DNA of 64,000 nt from Sedimentisphaerales bacterium (lineage in GTDB: Bacteria > Planctomycetota > Phycisphaerae > Sedimentisphaerales > SM23-30). The position numbers and the translations under genes are program-made. How positions within the stretch are numbered: position 1 is the first letter of the stretch; the number at the start of each line of letters is the position of its first letter. Shown piece by piece: positions 9,570 through 19,361 of the stretch. The stretch lies in NCBI GenBank assembly GCA_963666285.1, contig OY762711.1; one strand, given 5' to 3'. Under the pieces are notes generated by a model that saw only the letters and a program-made list of their open reading frames with translations, did no database searches and had not been told where the DNA came from.

Positions 9570-10334
9570 TCAAGGCAAAACACTAACATCATTACCAAGA
9601 ATAGTCCCTACCAGAGATAAACAAGGCTGGTATCGACATTCTTTTTCAATATTTAGCTTATAATTCATCCCACAAGCATTATATTTCCCACCTGCAAGTT
9701 TATTATACGGCAATAACTCAATTAAACTAAAATTACTAAGACTGCTAACAATATCGATAATCCCTAAAATATTATCATCTGTATCTGTAATATCCGGTAT
9801 CAAAGGCACCCTGACAGTATATGACACTCCGGATTTATCCAAAAGCTCAAGATTATTATGAATTACCTTATTGTCACTACCTGTCCATTTTTTATGTAAA
9901 CTTGAGTCAGCAATCTTAAGATCAAAATAGACATGATCAACCTTGTTAACAATAGTTTCAAATGCCTCAGACGAAGCATAACCAGAAGTGTCCAAAAGTA
10001 CATGTATCTCTTTATTGAATAAATCAATAACCTCTGATAAGAACTCATATTGCATTAAAGGTTCACCGCCGGAAAAAGTTACTCCTCCCCCGGCATATTT
10101 AAGCATTTCTGACTGCCTTTCAATTTTCTGAAACAATTCAAACGAACTCAGTATATAACCATAAATACGCTGCCCCCCTTCTTTAGCAAACACTTCTATC
10201 TCAGGGTTCAAACCTTCCGGATTATGACACCATTGACATCTCAGTGGGCATCCCTTCAAAAAAAACGTTGTCCTGATACCAGGACCATCATTAACAGCAA
10301 ATTCTTTAATATCAAATATAGTACCACTTAACAC
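9570..10334 (-). CDS. Glycyl-radical enzyme activating protein (radical SAM)
   Basis: DGPGIRTTFFLKGCPLRCQWCHNPE (CxxxCxxC), GGVTFSGGEPL, DTSG; no ferredoxin insert. Likely GTG start at 10334 after GGTGGTGA (track 10412). Confidence 0.9.
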   Translation of the reverse strand: MLSGTIFDIKEFAVNDGPGIRTTFFLKGCPLRCQWCHNPEGLNPEIEVFAKEGGQRIYGYILSSFELFQKIERQSEMLKYAGGGVTFSGGEPLMQYEFLSEVIDLFNKEIHVLLDTSGYASSEAFETIVNKVDHVYFDLKIADSSLHKKWTGSDNKVIHNNLELLDKSGVSYTVRVPLIPDITDTDDNILGIIDIVSSLSNFSLIELLPYNKLAGGKYNACGMNYKLNIEKECRYQPCLSLVGTILGNDVSVLP

Positions 10335-10531
10335 TATTTCACCACCATACTTTACGTACCCTTTATGTCGCACATCCCATCCAAGGGTAAACCTATCCAT
10401 ACCTGTACGCAAATTCCGTTAGAGCTTGTTTTATATGCGACACAGCAATGCCGGACAAAAATAACTAAACTGAATTTCACCAAAAGCAAGTGCTTATTGC
10501 CAAACAAACAATTCCTGGTAACTCTAGAGAT

Positions 10532-11476
10532 TTATCTCCCTTTTTTCCTGGTTTTCAAAAATTGATCAACAAATACACTCAGAAGAATTACAAAGCCCAT
10601 CACAGCAAAATCCAACGAACTTGGAATACCTAATAAAATAACCAGATTACGCAACACACGCAGCAAAGCCGTACCTATAATAATACCAAAAATTGAGCCT
10701 TCGCCGCCTCTCAATGAGCACCCACCCAAAACAGCGGCTGCAATAGCGTACAATTCGTAGAAATTACCATGCGTTGAAGGTGCCACAGAATTGCAGTAAA
10801 AGGTAAACAAAATCGCAGAAACACCTGTCAGCAAACTTGCAATTACATATGCAAACAGAATCACGGTTTTGGTATTTATCCCTGAATATCTAACAGCCTG
10901 CTCATTTTTGCCAATTGCCAGCAGATACCTTCCGTATACAGATCTGTGCAGAAGAACCCAGGCAACTAAACCGATAATCATTAACAGGATAAATGGCATA
11001 GGTATGCCGGCTAAAGTACCGGTAGCAAGAAACCGCAGGCTTTCAAAACCTTCACAACCGCCAAAACCCTTTGTTGAATCACCTGATATATACCTGGCCG
11101 CACCTCGATAAATCAGTAAACCGCATAAAGTCGCGATAAATGGCTGAATCTTGCCAACTGTAACGAGCAAGCCATGAATCAACCCTAGTAAGGCTGAAAT
11201 CAAGAGGACCAATATTACAGCAAAATACCACGGCATTTGAAATGGAATTAGAAAATAGTATAAAACAATGCCTAGCAAAGCAATTACAGAGCCTACTGAA
11301 AGATCTATCCCACCTGTAATAATAACAAAACCTACACCAATACTGAAAATACCGAAAATACCTATCAGTCGTGTCAGATTCTGAATATTATTAACACATA
11401 GAAAAGACGAACTCATACATGCGGTAACAATGCATATCAAGCAGAAGAAAATAGTAATACCGATATCTTTTTTCAT
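10532..11476 (-). CDS. Monosaccharide ABC transporter permease (RbsC-like)
   Basis: GGIDLSVGS, PFIATL, GR-x4-IG-x-N-x-x-A-x-x-SGI and YELYAIAAAVLGG-x-SL-x-GG motifs. Confidence 0.93.
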   Translation of the reverse strand: MKKDIGITIFFCLICIVTACMSSSFLCVNNIQNLTRLIGIFGIFSIGVGFVIITGGIDLSVGSVIALLGIVLYYFLIPFQMPWYFAVILVLLISALLGLIHGLLVTVGKIQPFIATLCGLLIYRGAARYISGDSTKGFGGCEGFESLRFLATGTLAGIPMPFILLMIIGLVAWVLLHRSVYGRYLLAIGKNEQAVRYSGINTKTVILFAYVIASLLTGVSAILFTFYCNSVAPSTHGNFYELYAIAAAVLGGCSLRGGEGSIFGIIIGTALLRVLRNLVILLGIPSSLDFAVMGFVILLSVFVDQFLKTRKKGR

Positions 11477-13002
11477 AGCACCTCTCTATTATTTAGATTT
11501 GCTGAACTCTGAACGATCAATTTCATTAACCGATCTTCGGACATATCATCTCTTTCAACAATGCCGGTTATCCTACCTTGACACATTGTTATTACCCGGT
11601 CACTCACACCAATAATTTCTTCCATATCAGAACTTACCATTATTACCAGAACCCCCTGCTCTGTCAGCTTCCTCATGACTTTATATATATCAGATCTCGC
11701 TCCAACATCTACTCCACGGGTTGGCTCGTCAAATATAATAACCTTCGGGTTCTTCCTAAGCCATTTCGCCAGAACCACCTTTTGCTGGTTACCACCGCTA
11801 AGATTAGCAGCTGACTGTTCAACAGAGTCAGCTTTAACCGAATATTCACAACAGACTTTTTCAGCTAAAGCAGTTTCTATTTTAGAATTTACAAAACCAA
11901 AGCTGCCGGATTCACACATCGAAGGTAAAGAAATATTATTTTTAATAGACATTTCCATTATCAATCCGGAATTTCTGCGATCCTCCGGTACAAGATATAT
12001 ACCATAAGCAATAGCACCAGCCGGTGACTTAACATTTAAATCCCGCCCTTCAAGTTTGATGCCGCCGGAAACTGCCTTATCAATACCGGCAATAACAGAA
12101 ACCAACTCTGTCCTTCCTGCACCAACAAGCCCGGTAATCCCCAGGATTTCACCTTTAGCAGCAGAAAATGAGATCGGAATATTTGGCCAAGCATCCGTTC
12201 GGACATCTTCGACGATGAGATAATCGGCTACCGGAGAAATTGTCGGAGGCTGATAGTTATTAGAAATGGTTCTCCCAACCATCACCTTAACCATATTATC
12301 ATAATTAATCTGGCTGGAATCCAGCACACCAGAATTTTCTCCATCTCGCAAACCTACTACTCGATCAGCACATTTGGTTATCTCTTCCAAACGATGAGAG
12401 ATATAAATAATACTAACACCTTTTCTCTTCAAAATGTCAATAATCTTAAATAACTTTTCACTTTCCACCATCGTCAGACTTGATGTTGGTTCATCCATAA
12501 TCAATACCCTGGCATCCAAAGACAAGGCCTTGGCTATTTCAACCATCTGTTTTTGTGCTATGGATAATTTTGCCAAAGGTGTATCAGCAGGCATATCAAA
12601 ACCTATCTGCTCCAAATATACCTGAGCCATCTCATATATTCTGGATTTATCAACCAACTTGCACCATTTTCCAATAAGCGGCTCTCGACCCAAAAAGATA
12701 TTACCGGCAACATCAAGATTCTCAATAACATTTAACTCCTGATGGATAAATCCTATGCCATGCTCTATTGAGCTAATTACATTAGGAAAATATACTTCCT
12801 TTCCATTCAAATATATTTTACCGTCATAATCCTGATATATACCGCCAAGGATATTCATCAATGTGGACTTGCCTGCTCCATTTTCTCCTAATAATGCTAC
12901 AACCTCACCGGGATAAACAGACAAATCGACATTCTTAAGCACAGAAGCATTGGCAAACTTTTTCCCAATCTCTCTCATTTGTAATAACGGTTTAGCTGGC
13001 AT
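11473..13002 (-). CDS. Monosaccharide ABC transporter ATP-binding protein (RbsA-like, double NBD)
   Basis: GENGAGKST, MDEPT, LSGGNQQKV, DEPTRGVDVGA; 4-nt overlap with the permease. Confidence 0.95.
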   Translation of the reverse strand: MPAKPLLQMREIGKKFANASVLKNVDLSVYPGEVVALLGENGAGKSTLMNILGGIYQDYDGKIYLNGKEVYFPNVISSIEHGIGFIHQELNVIENLDVAGNIFLGREPLIGKWCKLVDKSRIYEMAQVYLEQIGFDMPADTPLAKLSIAQKQMVEIAKALSLDARVLIMDEPTSSLTMVESEKLFKIIDILKRKGVSIIYISHRLEEITKCADRVVGLRDGENSGVLDSSQINYDNMVKVMVGRTISNNYQPPTISPVADYLIVEDVRTDAWPNIPISFSAAKGEILGITGLVGAGRTELVSVIAGIDKAVSGGIKLEGRDLNVKSPAGAIAYGIYLVPEDRRNSGLIMEMSIKNNISLPSMCESGSFGFVNSKIETALAEKVCCEYSVKADSVEQSAANLSGGNQQKVVLAKWLRKNPKVIIFDEPTRGVDVGARSDIYKVMRKLTEQGVLVIMVSSDMEEIIGVSDRVITMCQGRITGIVERDDMSEDRLMKLIVQSSANLNNREVL

Positions 13003-13087
13003 AATAACTCTTAAAATCTCTTAAGCAACTTTGGCTGTTTTGACGCCGGCAGTAATAGCAGCAAGCAACGTCCTGTCACTCCTTGAA

Positions 13088-14050
13088 TTACAACTTACGT
13101 ATCTCTTTCATTTTTGACATAAAACTTCCGGCCTGCTCCTGTTTAATTACGGCAGTTGGAATTTCTATAACACCATCTTCTGGAATTGACCCGGCATGAC
13201 CTTCCAGATATGAACTTATAAGTTTAATCGACTGATATCCAAATTCAAAAGGCTGCTGCACAACTGTAGCATATATATAACCCTTTTCAACCCCATCCAA
13301 TACGGCTTCTTCTTCATCAAAAGCCACAATATTAATTTTTCCTAACAAATTAGCATCCTTTACAGCTTCAAGTATCATTGAGCCATTATAACTCCACAGG
13401 CCAACCAGACAATCAACCTCTGGGGACTTAATTAAAGTTTCACTAACATTCGAACGCGCTACTGCATAATCAAGATTATCTGTTCGTATATCCAGTATCT
13501 TGATTGAAGTTCCATTCAGCTCTTCCTGCAGCCCTTGTATTCGCTCTTTCGCATTCTGGGCATCTGTTTTGCCAACGAAAATTACAATTTCACCGCCATC
13601 AGGTAAAATTTCTTTAACTAATTTACCTGCTTCTTTACCGGCATTAACATTATTTGTTCCAATATAGCACAATCTATCACTCCCAGCTGCATCACTATCT
13701 GTTATTATTACCGGAATACTCGCAGCAAGTTCGTTCACCATCAGGCTTTGATTATCAGGGTCAAGAGGAGTAAAAACCAAACCATCAATACCCTTTACCA
13801 TTAAGTCATCAATCATACTTTTCTGCTCTGCCGCTGTACCATTACTCGTAAAACGAAATTCCACATCAATATTTGGCAACTCAGAGTCAGCTTTATCACA
13901 ACCTGCTTTGGCTATAGTCCACATATCTGTAGCTGCACCGGCAACAAAAGCGACTTTTTTATTGCCACTTTCTACGCCATCCTTATCACAACCACATAAA
14001 GATACAAATAACAAAACTATCAGCCAACAACCAATTCGGGGATTTTTCAT
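13088..14050 (-). CDS. Sugar ABC transporter substrate-binding protein (probable lipoprotein)
   Basis: Lipobox-like LCGC; periplasmic binding protein type I motifs YIGTNN-x-x-AG, ERI-x-G, AFDE and VQQPFEFGY. Confidence 0.9.
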   Translation of the reverse strand: MKNPRIGCWLIVLLFVSLCGCDKDGVESGNKKVAFVAGAATDMWTIAKAGCDKADSELPNIDVEFRFTSNGTAAEQKSMIDDLMVKGIDGLVFTPLDPDNQSLMVNELAASIPVIITDSDAAGSDRLCYIGTNNVNAGKEAGKLVKEILPDGGEIVIFVGKTDAQNAKERIQGLQEELNGTSIKILDIRTDNLDYAVARSNVSETLIKSPEVDCLVGLWSYNGSMILEAVKDANLLGKINIVAFDEEEAVLDGVEKGYIYATVVQQPFEFGYQSIKLISSYLEGHAGSIPEDGVIEIPTAVIKQEQAGSFMSKMKEIRKL

Positions 14051-14154
14051 AAAAGCTATCCTTTCAACAATTATAATTAACTGTAATCAGCATGCATTAT
14101 TTTAGGCAAGATAAATATTAACTTAATATTTGATAACACAACTACTGCAACTAC

Positions 14155-16314
14155 TCACACATTATATTTTACTCTCTGGATAATTTGTCTCTGATATTCA
14201 TCACCCAGCTCACAAAAATACCCACTCCAGCCCCACACCCTGACAATAAGATTTCTATAACGAACAGGATCTTTTTGAGCTGCCTGCAATGTCGCTTCAT
14301 TTAATGTATTGAGCTGAAGCTGCTGACAGCCCAATTGTGTAAAGATTTTGATTAACATTGCAACCTTTTTCAATGAGTCAGATTTATCGAAAACACTTTC
14401 TGCCAATTCCATGGTTATTGGCCCGCCATTATTAATACGCTCGTATGGAACTTTACTAAAAGATTGCAGGACACTCATAGGGCCGCCAGAAACCGTTGAT
14501 AAAGCCGGAGCCAGGTTTGTCCCAAAATAATCACCGGATTTTCGACCATCTGCGGTAGCTCCCAGCTTCTGCTGATTTGCCAGCCAAACAAAATACATTG
14601 CCGAACCTGTACCCGGCCTGAATCTGCCTCCTCGCCCATTATCACTATATTTTTCACATGCTTTTGCAAAAGCATTGAATAAAAATACCATATGCTGATC
14701 AGCAGCATCATCGTTATTTCCTATTTTAGGTGATTCATTTAACAACTTATTCCTGATATTATCATAACTTTCATAATTTAAATCAATTGCCTTTTTTAAT
14801 TCGGCTAAAGAAATATCTTTGATATCAAAAACATGCTTTTTAACGGCTGCCAGGGCATCTGCGGCATCGCTGACGCAAGCACCATGAATACCAAAATTGT
14901 TATACTTGGCTCCCTGAGAAATATCTTTGCCGGCCTCTAATGCATCCGTCATCAAAACTGAATAGTACGGTGCCGGCGGCAGGGTCAAATCATTCATTCG
15001 ATTTGCTATTTTATTAACCTGGTCTGCTATATTGCTGACAACTTTTTCCTGGATCTGATTAAATGTATAATCTTGTTTCGCCCCCTCGGTAAGTGCATTA
15101 TTCACCGCCTCAGGCATTGAAACAGCTCCAACATTTACTACTTCCATTCCCTTACCGGGAATAATAAATTCCCAGCAAGCTGCAACGCTATAGTCACGAG
15201 CATCTCCGCAATCATAACCAGATGCAACTAAAGAAGGAATAACAATATCATCATTACTGTACTGAGGAAAACCAAGCCCCTTGCGGGTCAATTCGCAGGC
15301 AAAATATAACAGATCCGGATCTGTGTCACGATTAATCCGCAGATTGATTTTTGGATCAATAAGACATAAATCCTTAGCTACCTGCAAAACGAGAGTCGTT
15401 AATGGATTTATACCGCAAGAACCATCTCGTTTTACTCCTCCCAGCATCAAAGATTGCCCATTATCCCCTTGCTGAATGCCTGGATACAAATCGCTATCCT
15501 TATTGAGTGATATAAAAAACTCGGCAAGAATATCTACCGCACCCTGCACTGATATTATATTCGATTCTAAATCATGTTTCAAATATGGCCACATATACTG
15601 ATCAAATCTTCCCAGGCCAACATGATAATGAGAACTCATCCATAATACCGAATGACATATACGCAGGAATTGCAAAGCTTCCTGAAAAGTTCTCGGTTTA
15701 TGCGCTGGCACTCTACCCAGCACTTGAACCAGATCATGCCTGCCTTGAGCTAAAGCTGCATCAGCATACCGTTGGGTCAACTCTAAAACAGCATCAATAG
15801 CTGATACCGCTGAATTTAAAAAGATCTCCTTTTCCAAATTCCCAGTAAAGATTTTCAGACTTTTTAACGCTGTTCGTTTTCTTTCCAAAAGCCCAGATTC
15901 TAATACCATCTGCCAGTCAGCACAAATATTGCTTATAGGACCAAGTTCGTGAAACACATTTTCTTTCTTTATGCTCTCCCACTGATCTATGGAAAAAAGA
16001 AGTGGAACTTCCGTAATTGTCCTGCTAAAAACAATATTGTCTCCAGGTTCTATCACAGCAATTTCAGCCTGACACATTCTCTCGGTCAATAATGCGGCCC
16101 GCTGCATCCAGTTAAGATTATGCTTGTCAGCTTCTGCAGCAATATCTAAAGTAATATTTCGCCTGCACTTCTTATAGCCGCCTCCCCTGACATAGTCACG
16201 CAGCTGCATGATATGTTCCGATGGAGAAGGCCAGAAATATATCTCTCTCCCATTGGATTCAATACTTTCGCATTGATTATTTTTCTTATCCAACTTCCTA
16301 ACATCAACCTTCAT
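14155..16314 (-). CDS. Glycyl-radical enzyme (PFL2-like superfamily), substrate unknown
   Basis: GRFDQYMWP, single active-site Cys loop YSVAACWEF, GATADGRK, QLQLN and glycyl motif LIVRVWGWSGYF. Confidence 0.9.
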   Translation of the reverse strand: MKVDVRKLDKKNNQCESIESNGREIYFWPSPSEHIMQLRDYVRGGGYKKCRRNITLDIAAEADKHNLNWMQRAALLTERMCQAEIAVIEPGDNIVFSRTITEVPLLFSIDQWESIKKENVFHELGPISNICADWQMVLESGLLERKRTALKSLKIFTGNLEKEIFLNSAVSAIDAVLELTQRYADAALAQGRHDLVQVLGRVPAHKPRTFQEALQFLRICHSVLWMSSHYHVGLGRFDQYMWPYLKHDLESNIISVQGAVDILAEFFISLNKDSDLYPGIQQGDNGQSLMLGGVKRDGSCGINPLTTLVLQVAKDLCLIDPKINLRINRDTDPDLLYFACELTRKGLGFPQYSNDDIVIPSLVASGYDCGDARDYSVAACWEFIIPGKGMEVVNVGAVSMPEAVNNALTEGAKQDYTFNQIQEKVVSNIADQVNKIANRMNDLTLPPAPYYSVLMTDALEAGKDISQGAKYNNFGIHGACVSDAADALAAVKKHVFDIKDISLAELKKAIDLNYESYDNIRNKLLNESPKIGNNDDAADQHMVFLFNAFAKACEKYSDNGRGGRFRPGTGSAMYFVWLANQQKLGATADGRKSGDYFGTNLAPALSTVSGGPMSVLQSFSKVPYERINNGGPITMELAESVFDKSDSLKKVAMLIKIFTQLGCQQLQLNTLNEATLQAAQKDPVRYRNLIVRVWGWSGYFCELGDEYQRQIIQRVKYNV

Positions 16315-16527
16315 TATTCACCTTCAAACAAATGACATCTTTTTACTTAGATAACTTAAGTTAACTTTCGTAGTTTTTAAGTTGCAAAATCGGTATACTT
16401 ATTCAATTTTACTACTAAACAAATATTCCTAAATGAACTTTTCACATTGCATCAAGCAGTCATTATATACCAACTTAAACTGTACTACGAAAATAACTTT
16501 TTTTGCACAAGCAAACTCAACTAAAGA

Positions 16528-19035
16528 TTAATTATTTGAGTTCGCATTTATATTTATAATTGTAAACGAATAAGGAGGAAAAACATACTCACCGATACCC
16601 CCACTAAAATTAAGATCTGCCGTCATCTTTATCGGAACTATTTTTTCAGGATTATCCGGAGTATTTTTATCTTCCAGATTGCCGCTTATTTGCTCAATCG
16701 AAACTTGCTGCTTCATTGGAGAAAAACCTGATATCCTGATATCCGTATCAACAGCTCGAAAATCCAGATTGACAACACGTAAAGATAACTGCTTACCATC
16801 CTCGCTAATGCAGGCTGAAACATCCAGGGCATTATTAAAACTGCTGCTCATACTTTTTACACAAACAGGCAAATAGTTATCGGCAAACATCTTGGTTACA
16901 TAATATGAAGATTGTCCCCATACCTGTGAAGGATTCAGGAAAAGCATCCCCTGATCCCACCCGTTATCGTTTTGTTTATCCGGCTGAAGACAATTCGCAG
17001 CACACAAAACCGGCATTTCATATTCAAATCTCTGAATTTCATTAATTGTATGAGCATGAGCCAAACCACGATAAAACAAATGGTTAAATGCATTTTCCTC
17101 AAAGATTGTCACCTTAAAATCTCCATCCGGGCATAACTGTTTTAAATGATAAAACAAATCACTCATCCCAAACATACCATGCTCTTCAATATCAGCATTA
17201 CGCGGACGATTATTATTAACATGCACATCAAACCAGACTGATCTGCCATGCTTTGTGGCAAGATCTACAATCTTTTTATGAATATCCAGATTGCTTACTG
17301 CTACACCTCTAAAATTCGATGGATCAATTATTCGTTCGTTATACGCAAAATCACCTGCTATTATTTTTATGTTGGCATCTTTAGCCCATATAGCTTCAGC
17401 CATAGGCTTAAATTTTGCCCAATATTCTTCATTTAGACTTTCTTCATTTCCAAGCTGAATATATTTCAGGTTATACGGCTCTGGATGACCATGCTGTACC
17501 CTTAATCGCCCCCACTCTGTGTTAGCAGCACCGTTAACGTACTCAATAAAGTCAACCATATCTTCTACTGTCTCATCGATCATAAAATCGGGAATACATT
17601 CAAATCCGGCGGCTTGACACATCTCGATAAAATCAATGATCCCCCAGCCATTAGAAGAATAGGTATACCAGAAACCTCTATAAGGCGGCCTCTTATCTCG
17701 TGGACCAATCATCTTTTTCCAGTTATATTCAGACGCCTCCGCCATACATCCACCATATCGCAATACAGTTATGCCCTGGTTTACTAATGCATCCACAACA
17801 TCTTTCCTGCATGGTAAATTTTTATACCTGCCCCAAACACCAGGCTGCAAAAAGACATGACCATAAGTTACAGCTCCTTTTTCTTTCATAACAATATTGA
17901 AATCTGCATCGACATCTTCTGTATCCGGTATGATATTAAAATCATACCTATTCCATTCTTTGCTGCTGATCGTTATTTTCTTTTCGGCATAATTTTTCTT
18001 ATTCTCTTTATCAGCCAATACAAGAAATATATCTACCGGCTTTTCTGCCCTGGCCCATAAATAACCTTCGTACTCCTTACCCTTCCGGTAACACATCCCC
18101 CACTGATTTAACCCTCTATTACTAATACCAACCTGCCCGGCACCGGAAACAAACTCCACATATTGGCTTTGTTTTCCATTATAAGTACCATTTTTAACCA
18201 GTTGATAATTTGCTTTCACATCTCCATCAACTACAGGAATCCACATCCCGCTAACTTCTCCCTGGTAGTTCACACTTTCATGCTTTACAAAGCCAGGTGT
18301 TATTTTTTCCCCTTTACATTCTATCCAAAAATTGCGAATGTTTACATTTTTATGCCAGGACCTGAAACCAATTTTACCTGCTTCCAGCGGGTTGGATGTA
18401 TCAGTATAAACCAGCTTTTCTTCGCCATCGACCAAAATACGCAATGATTCTTTCTGCATCTCAACCTGTAACTTCACCCAACGATCGAGCGGAACCTGAC
18501 ATGGTATTTCTTTTATTGGCTCCCAATTGTTTCTATGCCTGCCCAAAATCAGGGTCTGATCTTTAGGATTTAGAGATATTTCATATCCATAAAACCTGTT
18601 AACCCCTTTGCCTGGATCAGATACTTTTGTAATAAAACCGGCATTACCATAATCTATATCTGAAAACGATAATTCCATCCCAACCTTTCCAACAGAAAAA
18701 TCTGTATGCCGATATATCAGTTTGGAACCGCCATCAGCACCTACTTGCAAATAGTCTCCCTTTATTTTCCATACTCCGCCATATCCATTATAATCCCTGA
18801 ACTGCTTATTAATATCGGGCAGTTCTTCAAAACTTTCTCCAAATATCATCTGGCTATATATGCCGCCATATATTTCATGGTTCACATCTTCAATGCATGC
18901 CCCTGTCGTCAAACGACTGATTTTATGGCTTACCTCATCCGCCATGACACAGATATCACCAGAAATTGTACTATCCCCAATCGCAGCATTACCTAACATA
19001 GCTATCACAATTAAAAAAACAAAACGAGGCAACAT
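16528..19035 (-). CDS. Secreted GH51-like alpha-L-arabinofuranosidase with accessory beta-sandwich domains
   Basis: Signal peptide; EDVNHEIYGGIYSQMI, LRYGG, R-x-x-HGHPEPYNLKYIQLGNE; C-terminal GH51-type domain (LDVSA...VVN...FPPYSFT); DUF1080/LamG-like insert. Confidence 0.82.
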   Translation of the reverse strand: MLPRFVFLIVIAMLGNAAIGDSTISGDICVMADEVSHKISRLTTGACIEDVNHEIYGGIYSQMIFGESFEELPDINKQFRDYNGYGGVWKIKGDYLQVGADGGSKLIYRHTDFSVGKVGMELSFSDIDYGNAGFITKVSDPGKGVNRFYGYEISLNPKDQTLILGRHRNNWEPIKEIPCQVPLDRWVKLQVEMQKESLRILVDGEEKLVYTDTSNPLEAGKIGFRSWHKNVNIRNFWIECKGEKITPGFVKHESVNYQGEVSGMWIPVVDGDVKANYQLVKNGTYNGKQSQYVEFVSGAGQVGISNRGLNQWGMCYRKGKEYEGYLWARAEKPVDIFLVLADKENKKNYAEKKITISSKEWNRYDFNIIPDTEDVDADFNIVMKEKGAVTYGHVFLQPGVWGRYKNLPCRKDVVDALVNQGITVLRYGGCMAEASEYNWKKMIGPRDKRPPYRGFWYTYSSNGWGIIDFIEMCQAAGFECIPDFMIDETVEDMVDFIEYVNGAANTEWGRLRVQHGHPEPYNLKYIQLGNEESLNEEYWAKFKPMAEAIWAKDANIKIIAGDFAYNERIIDPSNFRGVAVSNLDIHKKIVDLATKHGRSVWFDVHVNNNRPRNADIEEHGMFGMSDLFYHLKQLCPDGDFKVTIFEENAFNHLFYRGLAHAHTINEIQRFEYEMPVLCAANCLQPDKQNDNGWDQGMLFLNPSQVWGQSSYYVTKMFADNYLPVCVKSMSSSFNNALDVSACISEDGKQLSLRVVNLDFRAVDTDIRISGFSPMKQQVSIEQISGNLEDKNTPDNPEKIVPIKMTADLNFSGGIGEYVFPPYSFTIININANSNN

Positions 19036-19312
19036 ATAATATCTCCTGTTGATTACTCTTTTATCAGCTTCAAAGCCTCAAACATATGAACAAAACATTC
19101 CAATAATTACACTTGTATAAATCGGCCTGACATAAACCGCATAATTATATAATAATCTAAAATAGTCAGATTAGTAATAGTTATCTTTTACAGTTTTTAA
19201 GTCGCAATAACGATGTGCCGTTTGGTAAATCTTCTAATAGGGCTGTTCTGAAACATTCACTGTCTAATAATAAAAAACATCTTAAACTGATCATCTGTAA
19301 GTTTAAGTAAGA

Positions 19313-19344
19313 TATGGGCATCTCAAACACTTGAGACGCCCATA
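19313..19344. terminator. Stem-loop downstream of the LamG gene (terminator or mRNA stabiliser)
   Basis: TATGGGCATCTCAA-N4-TTGAGACGCCCATA; no strong U-tract on the minus strand. Confidence 0.5.
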
Positions 19345-19361
19345 CTGATTAAGGTTTTACA

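Noticed and set aside
14155..16314. Naming the GRE pflB
   Set aside because: It lacks the Cys-Cys pair and RVSGY motif of true pyruvate formate-lyase.
19239..19255. GGCTGTTCTGAAAC resembling an IS5/IS1182-type end
   Set aside because: Single short match with no partner repeat or transposase.
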